A stretch of 44,158 nt of DNA from Promethearchaeota archaeon. GTDB lineage: Archaea; Asgardarchaeota; Hermodarchaeia; Hermodarchaeales; Hermodarchaeaceae. Positions within the stretch are counted from its first letter, which is position 1, and every line of letters starts with the position of its first letter. The stretch spans positions 57,084 through 101,241 of the forward strand of contig JBHLMG010000004.1 in NCBI GenBank assembly GCA_048938385.1, read 5' to 3'. The notes under the pieces are model-generated. The model saw only the letters and a list, made by a program, of their open reading frames with translations, was not told the DNA's origin and made no database searches. The position numbers were made by a program, and so were the translations under genes. Shown piece by piece: positions 8,463 through 18,230 of this stretch.

Positions 8463-8942
8463 CTAGACTCGCTTTTCGAAATCCACAAGTTCCCGTTTTT
8501 GAAGATCTAAAAGCATTCGCATTGCAATGAAAAACTGTAATCCCATCTTTTCTGCGATCTCTTGCAGTGTTGTTTTTCCATCACAAAGACTGAGCATTCG
8601 AAACTCAGTGATTGAAAGCTTTTGTTTATCTAAATCAGCAACAATCCGCGGAACGATTCTACGGCTTTTTACACCAACCATCGGGGTCGGTGGTGCTGAA
8701 CTAGTAGCTGCATTCGTGGGGGGTTGTGGAGCCTCCATCTGAGTTCCCGCATGAATCTCTGACACTTCGTGACCCCGTTCAACCAGGTCTTGGTCTAAGT
8801 AGATTGTGATAACATGTGCAGGGTCGCCGTGAACATACGAGTAAGGAAAGGGAAACACATTTTGTCTCCTGATAATATCTGGTGGGACATCTATGGCGAT
8901 GTATGCCTTACAATTTTCACAGTAAGTGTAAACGACAGGCAT
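8463..8942 (-). CDS. Hypothetical protein: N-terminal CxxC/His Zn-ribbon-like domain, P/A/T linker, C-terminal winged helix
   Basis: YCENCK...YVHGDPAH...YLD...RG; LSITEFRMLSLCDGKTTLQEIAEKMGL...LQKRELV. Confidence 0.75.
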   Translation of the reverse strand: MPVVYTYCENCKAYIAIDVPPDIIRRQNVFPFPYSYVHGDPAHVITIYLDQDLVERGHEVSEIHAGTQMEAPQPPTNAATSSAPPTPMVGVKSRRIVPRIVADLDKQKLSITEFRMLSLCDGKTTLQEIAEKMGLQFFIAMRMLLDLQKRELVDFEKRV

Positions 8943-9072
8943 GGGAGAGCTCCCAGGAATGCTACCGTATTATAGCATATGATGCGTTCTTAACATTTGC
9001 TTCTGAAGTAAAATAAAGTCGGGTGAAATTCGAGAAACTCATTCATACTAAGTAGAATATTCTCCCAGATGG

Positions 9073-10374
9073 CTAAGACCGGGCATAGACTGCGATTTTA
9101 TTTGCCTCGTGAAACACGTGAATTGTAGCATCAGTATTGTTCTCTATCCAAGTATTGATCAGGTCTTGTGGGTTCGGAGTATAATGAAGGTGAGCTGTTT
9201 CAACCTGTTTTTGATCTAAAGCAGTGTACAACCAGATTCGGGATAAGCGTTGAATAAGCTCTCCAAACTTCCAACTCTTATGGGTGTACAACCGGTATTG
9301 AGTCTTGATTGCCGTCATCATCTCCGGGAGAGGTTTGATAAGGTAGTCGTAGAAAAACTCTCGCGCTTTTAGGGTAGGAGCAATTCCTTTGGGACATTCT
9401 GCAAGAAGAAGTACTTCTCCGTTATCCTGAACTGCATTCTTCGTTAGTTCAAGCCCGCGTTGTGCGTTATAGAGACTTTCATCTTGCGGAAAACCGCCCG
9501 GACTAACAATAATGTGGTCTGCTGCAGGTACAGAAAAGGCAGACGACTCGTCGATAATGTCAATTCCTTTTGCTGTAACCTGTTCAAAAGCTCCACTGCC
9601 TGCCCAGAGAATATATGGGCCACTCGTCACTGTACCTAGCATGAATCCGGGTCGGCTACCTATAATGAGGTTCATTGCTTCTAGCATATCCTCAGCGACG
9701 GGATTGGTTCGTCGAAACGAATCTGGATGAAAAGGATGGCGACCAAAAGTGGATTCAGGTTCTAATGCCAGACTGTGATTAGCCTCAATAGTAGCAAAAT
9801 CACAGAGACCAGGTAAAAAATTCTTGATGACATTTGAGTACCCAGCGAAATAGTGATTCTTCATGTCCGCTGCCACAACAAAAGCTTCCATGTCCATGAC
9901 ATGTTCGTTCACTCGAACTTCAGTACCTCGTGATGTAGTTCCCACATGTTTACAGCGGGATGTTAGTGCGTCATGTGTGATGACGCGAAATTTATTCAAA
10001 CGATTTTTCTGACAACTGAGTTCAATCGCTTGGATAATTTCTTGGTTGCGAGCACTGTTAGGCTCATGCGAACCTGTTGTGATGATGAAGGTAAGATCCT
10101 TAGCGGGTGAAAGTAGCCGTGCGAGTTCAGCTACAATAACTTCGTGTGGTTCCGCACGAGTGCCATCTTCAATTAACACACAAACACGACGGTCGGTAAT
10201 AGTCTCCTCAAGTGTGATACCTATGGGAGTTTCCAACGCCTTACGAATCGTATCAGAGATCTGTTGCGTGGCTTGTTGTTTACGCGGTTGTACGATCTCT
10301 CCGAGATTCTTATCTGGAATATGGAGTTGAATCAGACCTTGACCATATCTAAGCTTTAGCTGCGCCATACTCAC
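9073..10374 (-). CDS. LarA-superfamily nickel-pincer-dependent racemase/epimerase
   Basis: EDGTR, TGSH, NHYFAGYS...KNFLPG, EANH, SPGGFPQD.SLY, LAECPKG. Confidence 0.85.
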   Translation of the reverse strand: MSMAQLKLRYGQGLIQLHIPDKNLGEIVQPRKQQATQQISDTIRKALETPIGITLEETITDRRVCVLIEDGTRAEPHEVIVAELARLLSPAKDLTFIITTGSHEPNSARNQEIIQAIELSCQKNRLNKFRVITHDALTSRCKHVGTTSRGTEVRVNEHVMDMEAFVVAADMKNHYFAGYSNVIKNFLPGLCDFATIEANHSLALEPESTFGRHPFHPDSFRRTNPVAEDMLEAMNLIIGSRPGFMLGTVTSGPYILWAGSGAFEQVTAKGIDIIDESSAFSVPAADHIIVSPGGFPQDESLYNAQRGLELTKNAVQDNGEVLLLAECPKGIAPTLKAREFFYDYLIKPLPEMMTAIKTQYRLYTHKSWKFGELIQRLSRIWLYTALDQKQVETAHLHYTPNPQDLINTWIENNTDATIHVFHEANKIAVYARS

Positions 10375-11922
10375 TCAAAGGTCAACTGTGTTCAGCCGTG
10401 CAAAAACCTTTGCCTTCTCTAGCGCCTGATACACATCCGTTTGAAGGCTATAGAGCCTATCGTACAACTTCTCGTTTGCTGTCGTTGGCAGATATGGTCT
10501 ACCTTCTGCTACCATGTTATCTGTGGCCTTACTAACATTGGGGTAAATACCACTTCCAACTGCTGCGAGTACAGCTGCGCCTAGTGCTGTAGCTTCTTCG
10601 GTTTGACTCTGCAAGACTTTTACTTTCGCGATATCGGCTTGGATTTGGTTCCAGAAACTACTCCGTGTTGCGCCGCCTGTAAGACGGAGTTCTTGAACCG
10701 AAATGTTCAGTTCCTGCATCGCTTCAAGATTACGTCGAACCTCAAATCCCGTCCCTTCCATTATGGCACGAAGGATATCCGCTCGCGTATGCCCAAGCGC
10801 TAATCCGAATATGACTCCGCGAGCATCAGGATTCCAATATGGAGCTCCCGCACCAACAAAATACGGTAAAAACAATACCCCGCGAGATCCAGGGGGTGAC
10901 TGCTGAGCTTGATTATCCATTAACTCGTAGGCTTTTGTATTGAGCAGTTGTGCAAGGTGTTTTTCTTCTTGTGCAAATTGGTCACGAAACCATCGATAAA
11001 TTATCCCGCTTGTAAAAATACTTGCTTCAATCACCCACTTACCTGGTACGGCATGGCAGCTGCACAGTAGTCTCCGCTGTGGATCAAATACCGGATGCTT
11101 CTCAAACGCGAGAATAAAGGTTCCTGTCCCTATTGTGGCCTTAACACGACCAGATTTAACAACACCTACACCAATAGCGCCACACTGTTGGTCTCCCCCT
11201 CCAATGATCACGGGGATTCCCTCTGGAAAGTCGGTTGCCCTAGCTGCTTTGGGGGTGATGTTACCCACCGCTGTCGCTGAAGGATAAGGAGTGGGAAGCT
11301 TCTCCTTAGGAATTTCCAAACGATCGCACATTAAATCTGACCATTCTAAGCGTTCAACCGAGAAGAGCATCGTTCGTGATGCGTTACTAAAATCAGTGGC
11401 AGCTTCACCTGTTAATCGATTCAGAATAAAATCGTGAACCAGCAAGAACTTCGCAGTTTTGTGAAACACATCAGGTTTGTGTTTTTTAAACCACAAGATC
11501 TTCGGTGCTGAGAAGTAGGGGTCAATAGGAAGTCCTGTTTCACCGAAAACGACTTCAGCGCTGAGAAGTGCATTTATGGATTCACATTCTGGTACGGTGC
11601 GTCGGTCCTGCCATACAATTGCTCGATATAGGGGTTGACCCTCGTTGTCAACCGGCACTATAGTTTCGCGCTGATTGGTGATACTCACAGCCACAATAGA
11701 GTCGATCTTCACAGCAGGGTTACCCAATGTAGCTTGAGCGGTAGAACAAGTGGTTTGCCACCAGTCTTCGGCATTCTGTTCCACCCATGCAGGATGGGGG
11801 AAGAAGGAGGAGTACTCTTGATGGGTTTGCGCAATCACCTGTCCATCCTTCGCATCAAAAACTGCTGTTCGTGTACCACTCGTTCCGACATCGATGGCAA
11901 CGACAAACTGTGAATCTGCCAC
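10375..11922 (-). CDS. FGGY-family carbohydrate kinase (xylulokinase-like)
   Basis: IDVGTSGTR, TNQRET, AIVWQDRR, TDFSNASRT, GGGDQQ, IGTG, GGATRS. GTG at 11922 follows a GAGGT SD (track start 11949). Confidence 0.9.
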   Translation of the reverse strand: MADSQFVVAIDVGTSGTRTAVFDAKDGQVIAQTHQEYSSFFPHPAWVEQNAEDWWQTTCSTAQATLGNPAVKIDSIVAVSITNQRETIVPVDNEGQPLYRAIVWQDRRTVPECESINALLSAEVVFGETGLPIDPYFSAPKILWFKKHKPDVFHKTAKFLLVHDFILNRLTGEAATDFSNASRTMLFSVERLEWSDLMCDRLEIPKEKLPTPYPSATAVGNITPKAARATDFPEGIPVIIGGGDQQCGAIGVGVVKSGRVKATIGTGTFILAFEKHPVFDPQRRLLCSCHAVPGKWVIEASIFTSGIIYRWFRDQFAQEEKHLAQLLNTKAYELMDNQAQQSPPGSRGVLFLPYFVGAGAPYWNPDARGVIFGLALGHTRADILRAIMEGTGFEVRRNLEAMQELNISVQELRLTGGATRSSFWNQIQADIAKVKVLQSQTEEATALGAAVLAAVGSGIYPNVSKATDNMVAEGRPYLPTTANEKLYDRLYSLQTDVYQALEKAKVFARLNTVDL

Positions 11923-12039
11923 AGAATCAACCTCACGCATACACAGCATCGCTGAAGATTAAAACATGTATCTCCTTAGGAGTACCCACAAGCTTATGAC
12001 CCTCCTCCTCGTCGACTAGTCGAGTGATGGTGACTTTCG

Positions 12040-12807
12040 GTGGCTGAAAGCCTCATACGACGAGCAGCGCGAATGATCCTTGAGTCAGGTTCCACTGTAG
12101 CTTTGACCGGTGCTGGCGCATCGACAAAAAGCGGAATACCAGACTTCCGTGGGCCAAATGGGTTGTGGACAAAGGTAGATCCTTCCAAGTTCGCCAGTAT
12201 TAACGGTTTTCTCAGTGACCCCAAGGGCTGGTGGGAAATGGCTTTAGAGCTCGCTCCTACACTACTGAACGCAAAACCCAATCCGGCCCATAAAATGCTA
12301 GCCAAACTAGAAAAAATGAATTTAGTCGATTGGGTCGTCACGCAGAATGTCGATGGATTGCATCAACAGGCTGGAAGCGTGAAAGTGTTAGAAGTCCATG
12401 GAAGCCTCTTTAGCGCTACTTGTACTGTGTGCCGTCAACAAGAAGGTCGCAAGTACTTAGAAAAGGCGATGATGAAGCGGAAAATTCCGGTAATGTGTCC
12501 TGCTTGTGGTGGGCTTCTAAAACTTGACACAGTTTTCTTTGGTGAAGTACTTCCCCAGAAAATTTTGGCTCAAGCGATTAGTGCAGTTCGAACCTGTCAA
12601 TTATTGATAGCTATTGGATCCTATCTTGTTGTGTATCCTGTTGCGACTCTTCCTAGTATCGCACAACAAAGCGGTGCTGGGTTTATCATTATCAACCAAG
12701 AACCTACGCCTTTGGACACTACGGCCGATCTTGTGATCCATTCAGAAGCGGGGGATACGCTAACTGAAATCGTCCGTGAAATCAAAGGGCAGCAGCGTTC
12801 AGATTGA
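12040..12807 (+). CDS. cobB: NAD-dependent protein deacylase, Sir2 family
   Basis: LTGAGAST.SGIPDFRG, PNPAH, TQNVDGLHQ.AG, HGS, CxxC...CxxC, VFFGE, IIN. Confidence 0.92.
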   Translation: MAESLIRRAARMILESGSTVALTGAGASTKSGIPDFRGPNGLWTKVDPSKFASINGFLSDPKGWWEMALELAPTLLNAKPNPAHKMLAKLEKMNLVDWVVTQNVDGLHQQAGSVKVLEVHGSLFSATCTVCRQQEGRKYLEKAMMKRKIPVMCPACGGLLKLDTVFFGEVLPQKILAQAISAVRTCQLLIAIGSYLVVYPVATLPSIAQQSGAGFIIINQEPTPLDTTADLVIHSEAGDTLTEIVREIKGQQRSD

Positions 12808-12830
12808 ACACAAATAGTCTCAAGCTGGGC

Positions 12831-14555
12831 TTAATCGCGAATACGATATTGGCGTTCATGATTGGCATATTGCATCTCGCGGGGGACATCTTCGCTTCCT
12901 GGAATCACTGGAAGGAGGCTCAGTGTATTCTGGCGAAGATCCGAAAGGGATTTGGGAAGTTTTCCGCCAAGAGGATGAGCAAACGGTAGTAAAAAGCTAT
13001 AGTCCTTCTTTGCAATGCCTGAAATACGGTTAAGCAACCGTTTAGATTTGCCGCCATGTTTAAACCTGTAATAGGCGAGGTACAAAAAGCCTCCAATTAT
13101 TTTGATTAATTGGCGATTCAACCAGAAGTTACGAGTATCTCCAAGCCAGTCATCACGCCAATGGAGTAGGTTGTGATCCCAGCACTCAATGAACATCTCC
13201 CACTGCAATTCAGTTAATCTGCGAAGATTCAATGTTTTTTCTTTTCGGAGGGCACAATCTTCAAGAGAAACAAAGAATAGCGGTACAAAGAAGGTCTTGA
13301 AACGCCGCATACGATGGATGAGGTCCAAAGTGTGCAGGACATCCTCTTCGGTTTCTTTGGGTAAGCCCGTAACTAAGGTGCATAAAGGAACCCAATTCGC
13401 GTCATTTAAGATTCCATATGCCTCACAAACAATGTCAGGCCATTGACTCACATCATAAGGTAAGGCTTTCCCTCGCATATGTTCCTGCATCAACCGGGGA
13501 CTACCCGTCTCCACTCCAACTTCTACGGTAACAACAGGTTTACCTTGGTATTCATACCGACATTTATCAGCAACGATCTCAGCGATTTCTTGTACCATCT
13601 GAGGGTCAATAATGGCTGGTGCCAAAGAAGCATGAGCTGTCTGGACTACTTTTACTCCGGGCTCTGCTGCAACAGCCCGGTATAAGTCTAGAACGGCTTT
13701 ACGATTTGGCAAGAATCTTTCTTTCGATCCATAAAGAAAGACATCGTCGGTGTTCAACAGAATCATATCTGCGCCACAACGTAGGTTTGCTCGCACTTCT
13801 TGGAGAACTTTATCAATAGGGAAGTTGCGACGATACTTCATGGTGGGTGAACAAAACTGGCACCCACGCCCGCAGCCTCGAGAAACCTCAACCGCGCCAT
13901 AAATTGCCCCATGACGAATAACTGGGATATCTTCGTCTGTGGGGCGCTCTGCTTTTATGATTCTTGGTAATTTTTCGCCACGAAGTGCCTTCTCAAAGAT
14001 TTTTGGAGCGGTTCTTTCCGCCTCTCCCATCACGATGCAGTCAATTCCGAACTCTTTTTGGAATTTAGGGTTCTTTAATTGCCAAGATCCCGCTCCCCCG
14101 AGTATTTTTGGTGCAGTGTGTGTTTTTAGGGTAGGGTTCTGTGTTAATCGCCAAAACTCTAATCCCGTCGCGGGAACGCCGCCTAATCCGGTGAGTGATG
14201 TGTAGGTAAGGCTTACATAAGCCATTCCCAACGGGTCCATGCTTGACAGTCCAACAACCTTTGTGTTCGGACCCATCACATATTTCAATTGTGACGGATG
14301 GACAGTGATAACATCATTTTCGTCAAAGCCATTTTCAAGTAATGCGGCTTCGATTTTCCGTAGACCGTAAGGTGCAAAAGGTGCAGAATGATCAGGGTTG
14401 GGCGGATCTGGCTTATACAATTGGCGTAACAAGAATGTTGGAAATAGTCGACCAGGAAATCCACCGGCAAAGGCAATAAAGGGATCAGCATCCCAGCCCG
14501 CCATTTCAGCCAGTGATGCAGTCAAGACGACTTTCTTTCCATTATTTTGTACCAT
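12831..14555 (-). CDS. B12-binding-like radical SAM protein, probably Grs/Gms/Gmm family (tetraether lipid modifying)
   Basis: EVSRGCGRGCQFC (CX3CX2C), APYGLRKIEAALL, MDPLG, GGAGSWQ, GEAE, DDVFLYG, GVETGS.RL, GLP.ETEED. ATG 14555 follows GAGGT (track start 14582). Confidence 0.8.
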   Translation of the reverse strand: MVQNNGKKVVLTASLAEMAGWDADPFIAFAGGFPGRLFPTFLLRQLYKPDPPNPDHSAPFAPYGLRKIEAALLENGFDENDVITVHPSQLKYVMGPNTKVVGLSSMDPLGMAYVSLTYTSLTGLGGVPATGLEFWRLTQNPTLKTHTAPKILGGAGSWQLKNPKFQKEFGIDCIVMGEAERTAPKIFEKALRGEKLPRIIKAERPTDEDIPVIRHGAIYGAVEVSRGCGRGCQFCSPTMKYRRNFPIDKVLQEVRANLRCGADMILLNTDDVFLYGSKERFLPNRKAVLDLYRAVAAEPGVKVVQTAHASLAPAIIDPQMVQEIAEIVADKCRYEYQGKPVVTVEVGVETGSPRLMQEHMRGKALPYDVSQWPDIVCEAYGILNDANWVPLCTLVTGLPKETEEDVLHTLDLIHRMRRFKTFFVPLFFVSLEDCALRKEKTLNLRRLTELQWEMFIECWDHNLLHWRDDWLGDTRNFWLNRQLIKIIGGFLYLAYYRFKHGGKSKRLLNRISGIAKKDYSFLLPFAHPLGGKLPKSLSDLRQNTLSLLPVIPGSEDVPREMQYANHERQYRIRD

Positions 14556-14874
14556 CAGTATAACCTCAAAGCCTCTATTCAAAAGACTTGAAACGACGCT
14601 GTATACCTGTTCATTTCCTCAGAATCCGTAGTAGTCCTCGCTTGTCTTTTGTCTTATTATGCTTTTCGCAAACCAACTGACCTGCTCTCTCTCATATAAA
14701 TCAAACTTACTTATTACTAGAAAATTTTGGGCTCCGTTTCCCCTTTCGTCGCATCAAATTACTCACTCGTTATTTTTGAAGTGCGGAAGGCTTTTGAGGA
14801 ACTACCTTTCAATCACCAGTCACTTCAGGGCAAAAAATGACACAATCAGTGTCGCTGCCTTTGAAGAATTTAAA

Positions 14875-16041
14875 ATGAAGGGACTCCACTTGACAGTGGC
14901 AATAGTCGGTGTCGGACACACTGATTTTCGTAGTACATCACCAGATGTTTCGTTCAAGGAACAGATGTTCGAAGCAGCAGTCAAAGCCTATACCGATGCT
15001 GGTGTAAATCCCCGCAAAGACATTGGTAGCTTTCTCACTGCCGCAGAAGACTACTGGGAAGGTTATTCCATCTTCGACGAGTTTGTTCCCGACCAACTTG
15101 GTGCTGTACTAAGGTCTGTGTGTACGATAGGTGGTGACGGTCTGTTAGCACTCTGTAATGGTGCTATGCAGATTGAAACCGGTTTATTTGATGTGGTGGC
15201 AATCGAGGCACACAGTAAAGCCTCGGATATGCTCACTTTTGATGGTATTTTGACCCATGCACTAGACCCCGTCTATAATCGTGCATTCAATGTCCATCCC
15301 TACTTCATCGCAGGATTGGAAATGCAACGATATCTGCATGAGACCAAAACAACACGGGAACAATGCGCCGCGGTGGTCGTGAAAAACAAACATAATGCCT
15401 TGGCCAATCCACTCGCCGCATTTCCTGCTGACATGACAGTCGACGAGGTCATCAACTCTAAGATGGTCTCCCATCCTCTTACCCAGCGCGACATTAGTCC
15501 ACTGGCCGATGGAATGATCGTTATGGTACTTGCTGCTGAAAAGAAAGCTAGGGAACTCTCTGATCATCCTATCTGGCTGAAGGGACTGGGGTGGTGCTCT
15601 GATACGCCTTGGCTCGAAGCCCGTGACTGGAGTGCTGCTGGCTACACGAACCTTGCACGAGATCGTGCGTTTAAACAGGCTGGCATTAAAAACCCGTGGA
15701 AGCAAATCGATTTTGCAGAGGTCGATGACTGCTTCTCCTACAAGGAACTCCAGCATCTTGAAGCTCTTGGAATTTGTACACCAGGTCAGGCAGGAAAACT
15801 TGTTGTGGATGGAGAATTCAACCAAAACGGAGCTTTTCCCGTTAATATCTCTGGTGGACGACTTGGCGCGGGAAATCTCCTCGAAGGATCTGCTCTGCAA
15901 TCCGTTTTAGAATGTGTCCAACAACTACGCGGTCACGCAGGGAAACGACAAATTAAGAATGCCAAAACCGCCCTCGCGCAAAGCTGGCGAGGAGTACCCA
16001 CCGCAAGTGGCTGTGTCGCGGTACTAAGCAACGAACTGTAA
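14875..16041 (+). CDS. SCP2/archaeal-type thiolase-fold protein lacking canonical catalytic Cys and His
   Basis: VAIVGVG.T.F, V.VKNK.NAL.NP.A, SPLADG...VLA, AEVDDCFSYKEL, PVNISGG.LG.GN. Start at 14875 ATG or 14890 TTG; the track's longer N-extension is not thiolase-like. Confidence 0.85.
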   Translation: MKGLHLTVAIVGVGHTDFRSTSPDVSFKEQMFEAAVKAYTDAGVNPRKDIGSFLTAAEDYWEGYSIFDEFVPDQLGAVLRSVCTIGGDGLLALCNGAMQIETGLFDVVAIEAHSKASDMLTFDGILTHALDPVYNRAFNVHPYFIAGLEMQRYLHETKTTREQCAAVVVKNKHNALANPLAAFPADMTVDEVINSKMVSHPLTQRDISPLADGMIVMVLAAEKKARELSDHPIWLKGLGWCSDTPWLEARDWSAAGYTNLARDRAFKQAGIKNPWKQIDFAEVDDCFSYKELQHLEALGICTPGQAGKLVVDGEFNQNGAFPVNISGGRLGAGNLLEGSALQSVLECVQQLRGHAGKRQIKNAKTALAQSWRGVPTASGCVAVLSNEL

Positions 16042-16057
16042 TGTAGGAGGTCAAAAA

Positions 16058-17227
16058 ATGAATATCAAAAAACGCGTCGCCGTAATTGGCGCAGGAATCA
16101 CACTCTATCGTCGACGACTTAAAGAAACCGGCAAAGAGCTCTCCTTCCTTGCCACCAAAATGGCGCTTGAATCAGCAGGAATAAATCACAACGACATTGA
16201 CAGCTTCGTTATGGGCACTGCTCCAGATGCCTTTGACGGTATTCACATGAAATCCGAAAACCTCCTGGATGGGGTAGGCGCTACACAAAAACCCTATACC
16301 CATGTCTATGTTGGTGGTGGAACCGGGGTCTTTGCCCCTATCGGCGGCTGGTGGCATGTGGCCTCTGGTATGCATGACACATGTTTGGTCGTCTGTGAAG
16401 AAAAAATGAGCCCTTGCTTCCCCCATCCACAAACGGCCTTCCGCACGATCTGGGATCCAATCATCAGCCGACCACTTAACCCCAACCTCGTTTGGATATT
16501 TGCCCTTGAAATGCACCGCTACATGAAGGTCCACAACATTCCCAAGGAACACATCGCCCAAGTTGCCGTCAAAAACAAGGGGAACGCGCTCGATCACCCC
16601 AGCGCTCAACTCGCTGCAAAAATCACCATTGATGATGTCCTTAACTCTGAAATAATGGTTTATCCAGTTAACCGCCTTGATATCAGCCCACCCAGCGATG
16701 GTGCCGCAGCCCTAGTTCTCGCCTCCGAAGATGTAGCCCGGAAATATACAGATGCACCTGTTTGGCTCGATGGCGTCGGTTGGGCTCTTGACAGCGCCTA
16801 CTGGACAAACCGTGACCTCTACTTCCCACAGTATGTTGCTGAAGCGGCTAAAATGGCCTACAAAATGGCTAAAATTCACAACCCACCCAAGGAAGTCAGC
16901 TTTGCAGAACCCTATGATCCTTTCACCTACAAAGAGCTACATCACTTAGAAGGTCTTCAACTAGCGAAGAAAGGCGAAGCACCAAAGTTGACCTTTGAGG
17001 GTGTTACTGCACGAGATGGTGACCTTCCAGTTTGCCCATCCGGTGGATTACTTGGTGTTGGGAATCCGATCGCTGCGGCTGGATTGATGAAGTGTTGTGA
17101 AGCCTTCTGGCAGCTTCGAGAAGAAGCTGGTAAACGACAAGTCCCCAAGGCAGAAACAGGTGTCTGTCAGGCATGGGGTGATCTAATGCAGGTCGGAACG
17201 GTCTGCGTTTTCAAGAGAGATAGCTAA
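16058..17227 (+). CDS. Second thiolase-fold protein, no nucleophilic Cys, GNP in place of GHP
   Basis: RVAVIGAG, VGGGTG, EEKMS, VAVKNK.NAL, SDGAAALVLASE, EPYDPFTYKEL, PSGGLLGVGNPIAAAG. Confidence 0.9.
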   Translation: MNIKKRVAVIGAGITLYRRRLKETGKELSFLATKMALESAGINHNDIDSFVMGTAPDAFDGIHMKSENLLDGVGATQKPYTHVYVGGGTGVFAPIGGWWHVASGMHDTCLVVCEEKMSPCFPHPQTAFRTIWDPIISRPLNPNLVWIFALEMHRYMKVHNIPKEHIAQVAVKNKGNALDHPSAQLAAKITIDDVLNSEIMVYPVNRLDISPPSDGAAALVLASEDVARKYTDAPVWLDGVGWALDSAYWTNRDLYFPQYVAEAAKMAYKMAKIHNPPKEVSFAEPYDPFTYKELHHLEGLQLAKKGEAPKLTFEGVTARDGDLPVCPSGGLLGVGNPIAAAGLMKCCEAFWQLREEAGKRQVPKAETGVCQAWGDLMQVGTVCVFKRDS

Positions 17228-17239
17228 GGAGGAACGAAA

Positions 17240-17755
17240 ATGAGTAAGAATATGAAGGAAATTCCAGGAACACCGCTTTCGGGAAAGGAACTCAAATCAG
17301 AGAGTGTCATTACCTTTGAATGGCGTCCGAACGCGAAGTATGCATGGAGTGCTGGAATTGCATATGGACGATTCCTCGAAGAACTCAAGGCCGGTCGCAT
17401 CATAGGTCGGCATTGCCGACGCTGTGAGCGTGTCATCGTGCCTCCACGAATGTTTTGCGAACAGTGCTTCGTAGCAACGGATGAATGGGTCTATGTCAAA
17501 GATACAGGAACAATTAACACATTTTCACTATCGTATCTCGATGCGGATGCAAATCGCATCAAGGACCCGATTCCAGTCGCTGTGATTGACCTCGATGGAG
17601 CTAGCCCCGGCATCGGCATCCTCCATATACTTGGAAATGTTGATCCTAAGAAGATCGATGTGGGGATGAGAGTTAAAGCCGTCTGGAAACCTCCAGAAGA
17701 AAGGGAGGGTTCGGTGACAGACATTCTCTTCTGGGAACCACTAAAGGAGGACTGA
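17240..17755 (+). CDS. DUF35 Zn-ribbon/OB-fold protein
   Basis: CRRC...PPRMFCEQC, GTINTFS, GMRVKAVW. Confidence 0.9.
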   Translation: MSKNMKEIPGTPLSGKELKSESVITFEWRPNAKYAWSAGIAYGRFLEELKAGRIIGRHCRRCERVIVPPRMFCEQCFVATDEWVYVKDTGTINTFSLSYLDADANRIKDPIPVAVIDLDGASPGIGILHILGNVDPKKIDVGMRVKAVWKPPEEREGSVTDILFWEPLKED

Positions 17756-17759
17756 AAAC

Positions 17760-18230
17760 ATGTCATTTGATAAAATCCGTGATCCACGCAAGATTCACCA
17801 TCAAATTGGGCACATGGAATGTGACTACATATACACTGCAGGCATTGCTGGAGAACGCTTCTATATCGCCCTACGCGATGAAGAAAAACTTCTCGCTACT
17901 CGATGTGACAAGTGTGAAACCACCTTCATGCCTCCACGAATGTACTGTGACAAGTGCCTCGCTGCGCTCGATAACTATGCTGAGGTTCCCTCCACGGGCA
18001 TCATCGAATCCTACACAATAACATACCTTGACCGTGATGGAGAACCCCTACCTGAACCCATGATCCTGGCCTTTGTTAAAATCGACAAAACTGATGGCGG
18101 TCTTATTCACAAAATTGGTGAACTCAAACCCGAATCCCTGAAAATCGGGACTAAAGTCGCTGCAGTCTTTGAAGCGAAGAGTAAACGCCAGGGTCGGCTA
18201 ACCGATATCAAATATTTCAAGCCCGTATAA
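17760..18230 (+). CDS. DUF35 Zn-ribbon/OB-fold protein (second paralog)
   Basis: CDKC...PPRMYCDKC, GIIESYT, IGTKVAAVF, DIKYFKP. Confidence 0.9.
   Translation: MSFDKIRDPRKIHHQIGHMECDYIYTAGIAGERFYIALRDEEKLLATRCDKCETTFMPPRMYCDKCLAALDNYAEVPSTGIIESYTITYLDRDGEPLPEPMILAFVKIDKTDGGLIHKIGELKPESLKIGTKVAAVFEAKSKRQGRLTDIKYFKPV

Noticed and set aside
14659-14874. 72-aa N-terminal extension of the first thiolase-fold ORF; similar extensions at 78-131, 23426-23542 and 11923-11949
   Set aside because: They are not homolog-like, or overlap promoter regions or neighbouring genes, and better downstream starts exist.
15262-15900. 212-aa antisense ORF and other short overlapping ORFs in the track
   Set aside because: They overlap well-supported genes on the opposite strand or in another frame and show no recognisable motifs.
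14875-18230. Mevalonate-pathway thiolase/HMGS/DUF35 complex, given HMGR nearby
   Set aside because: There is no HMG-CoA synthase in the window, and both thiolase-fold proteins lack the catalytic Cys and His.
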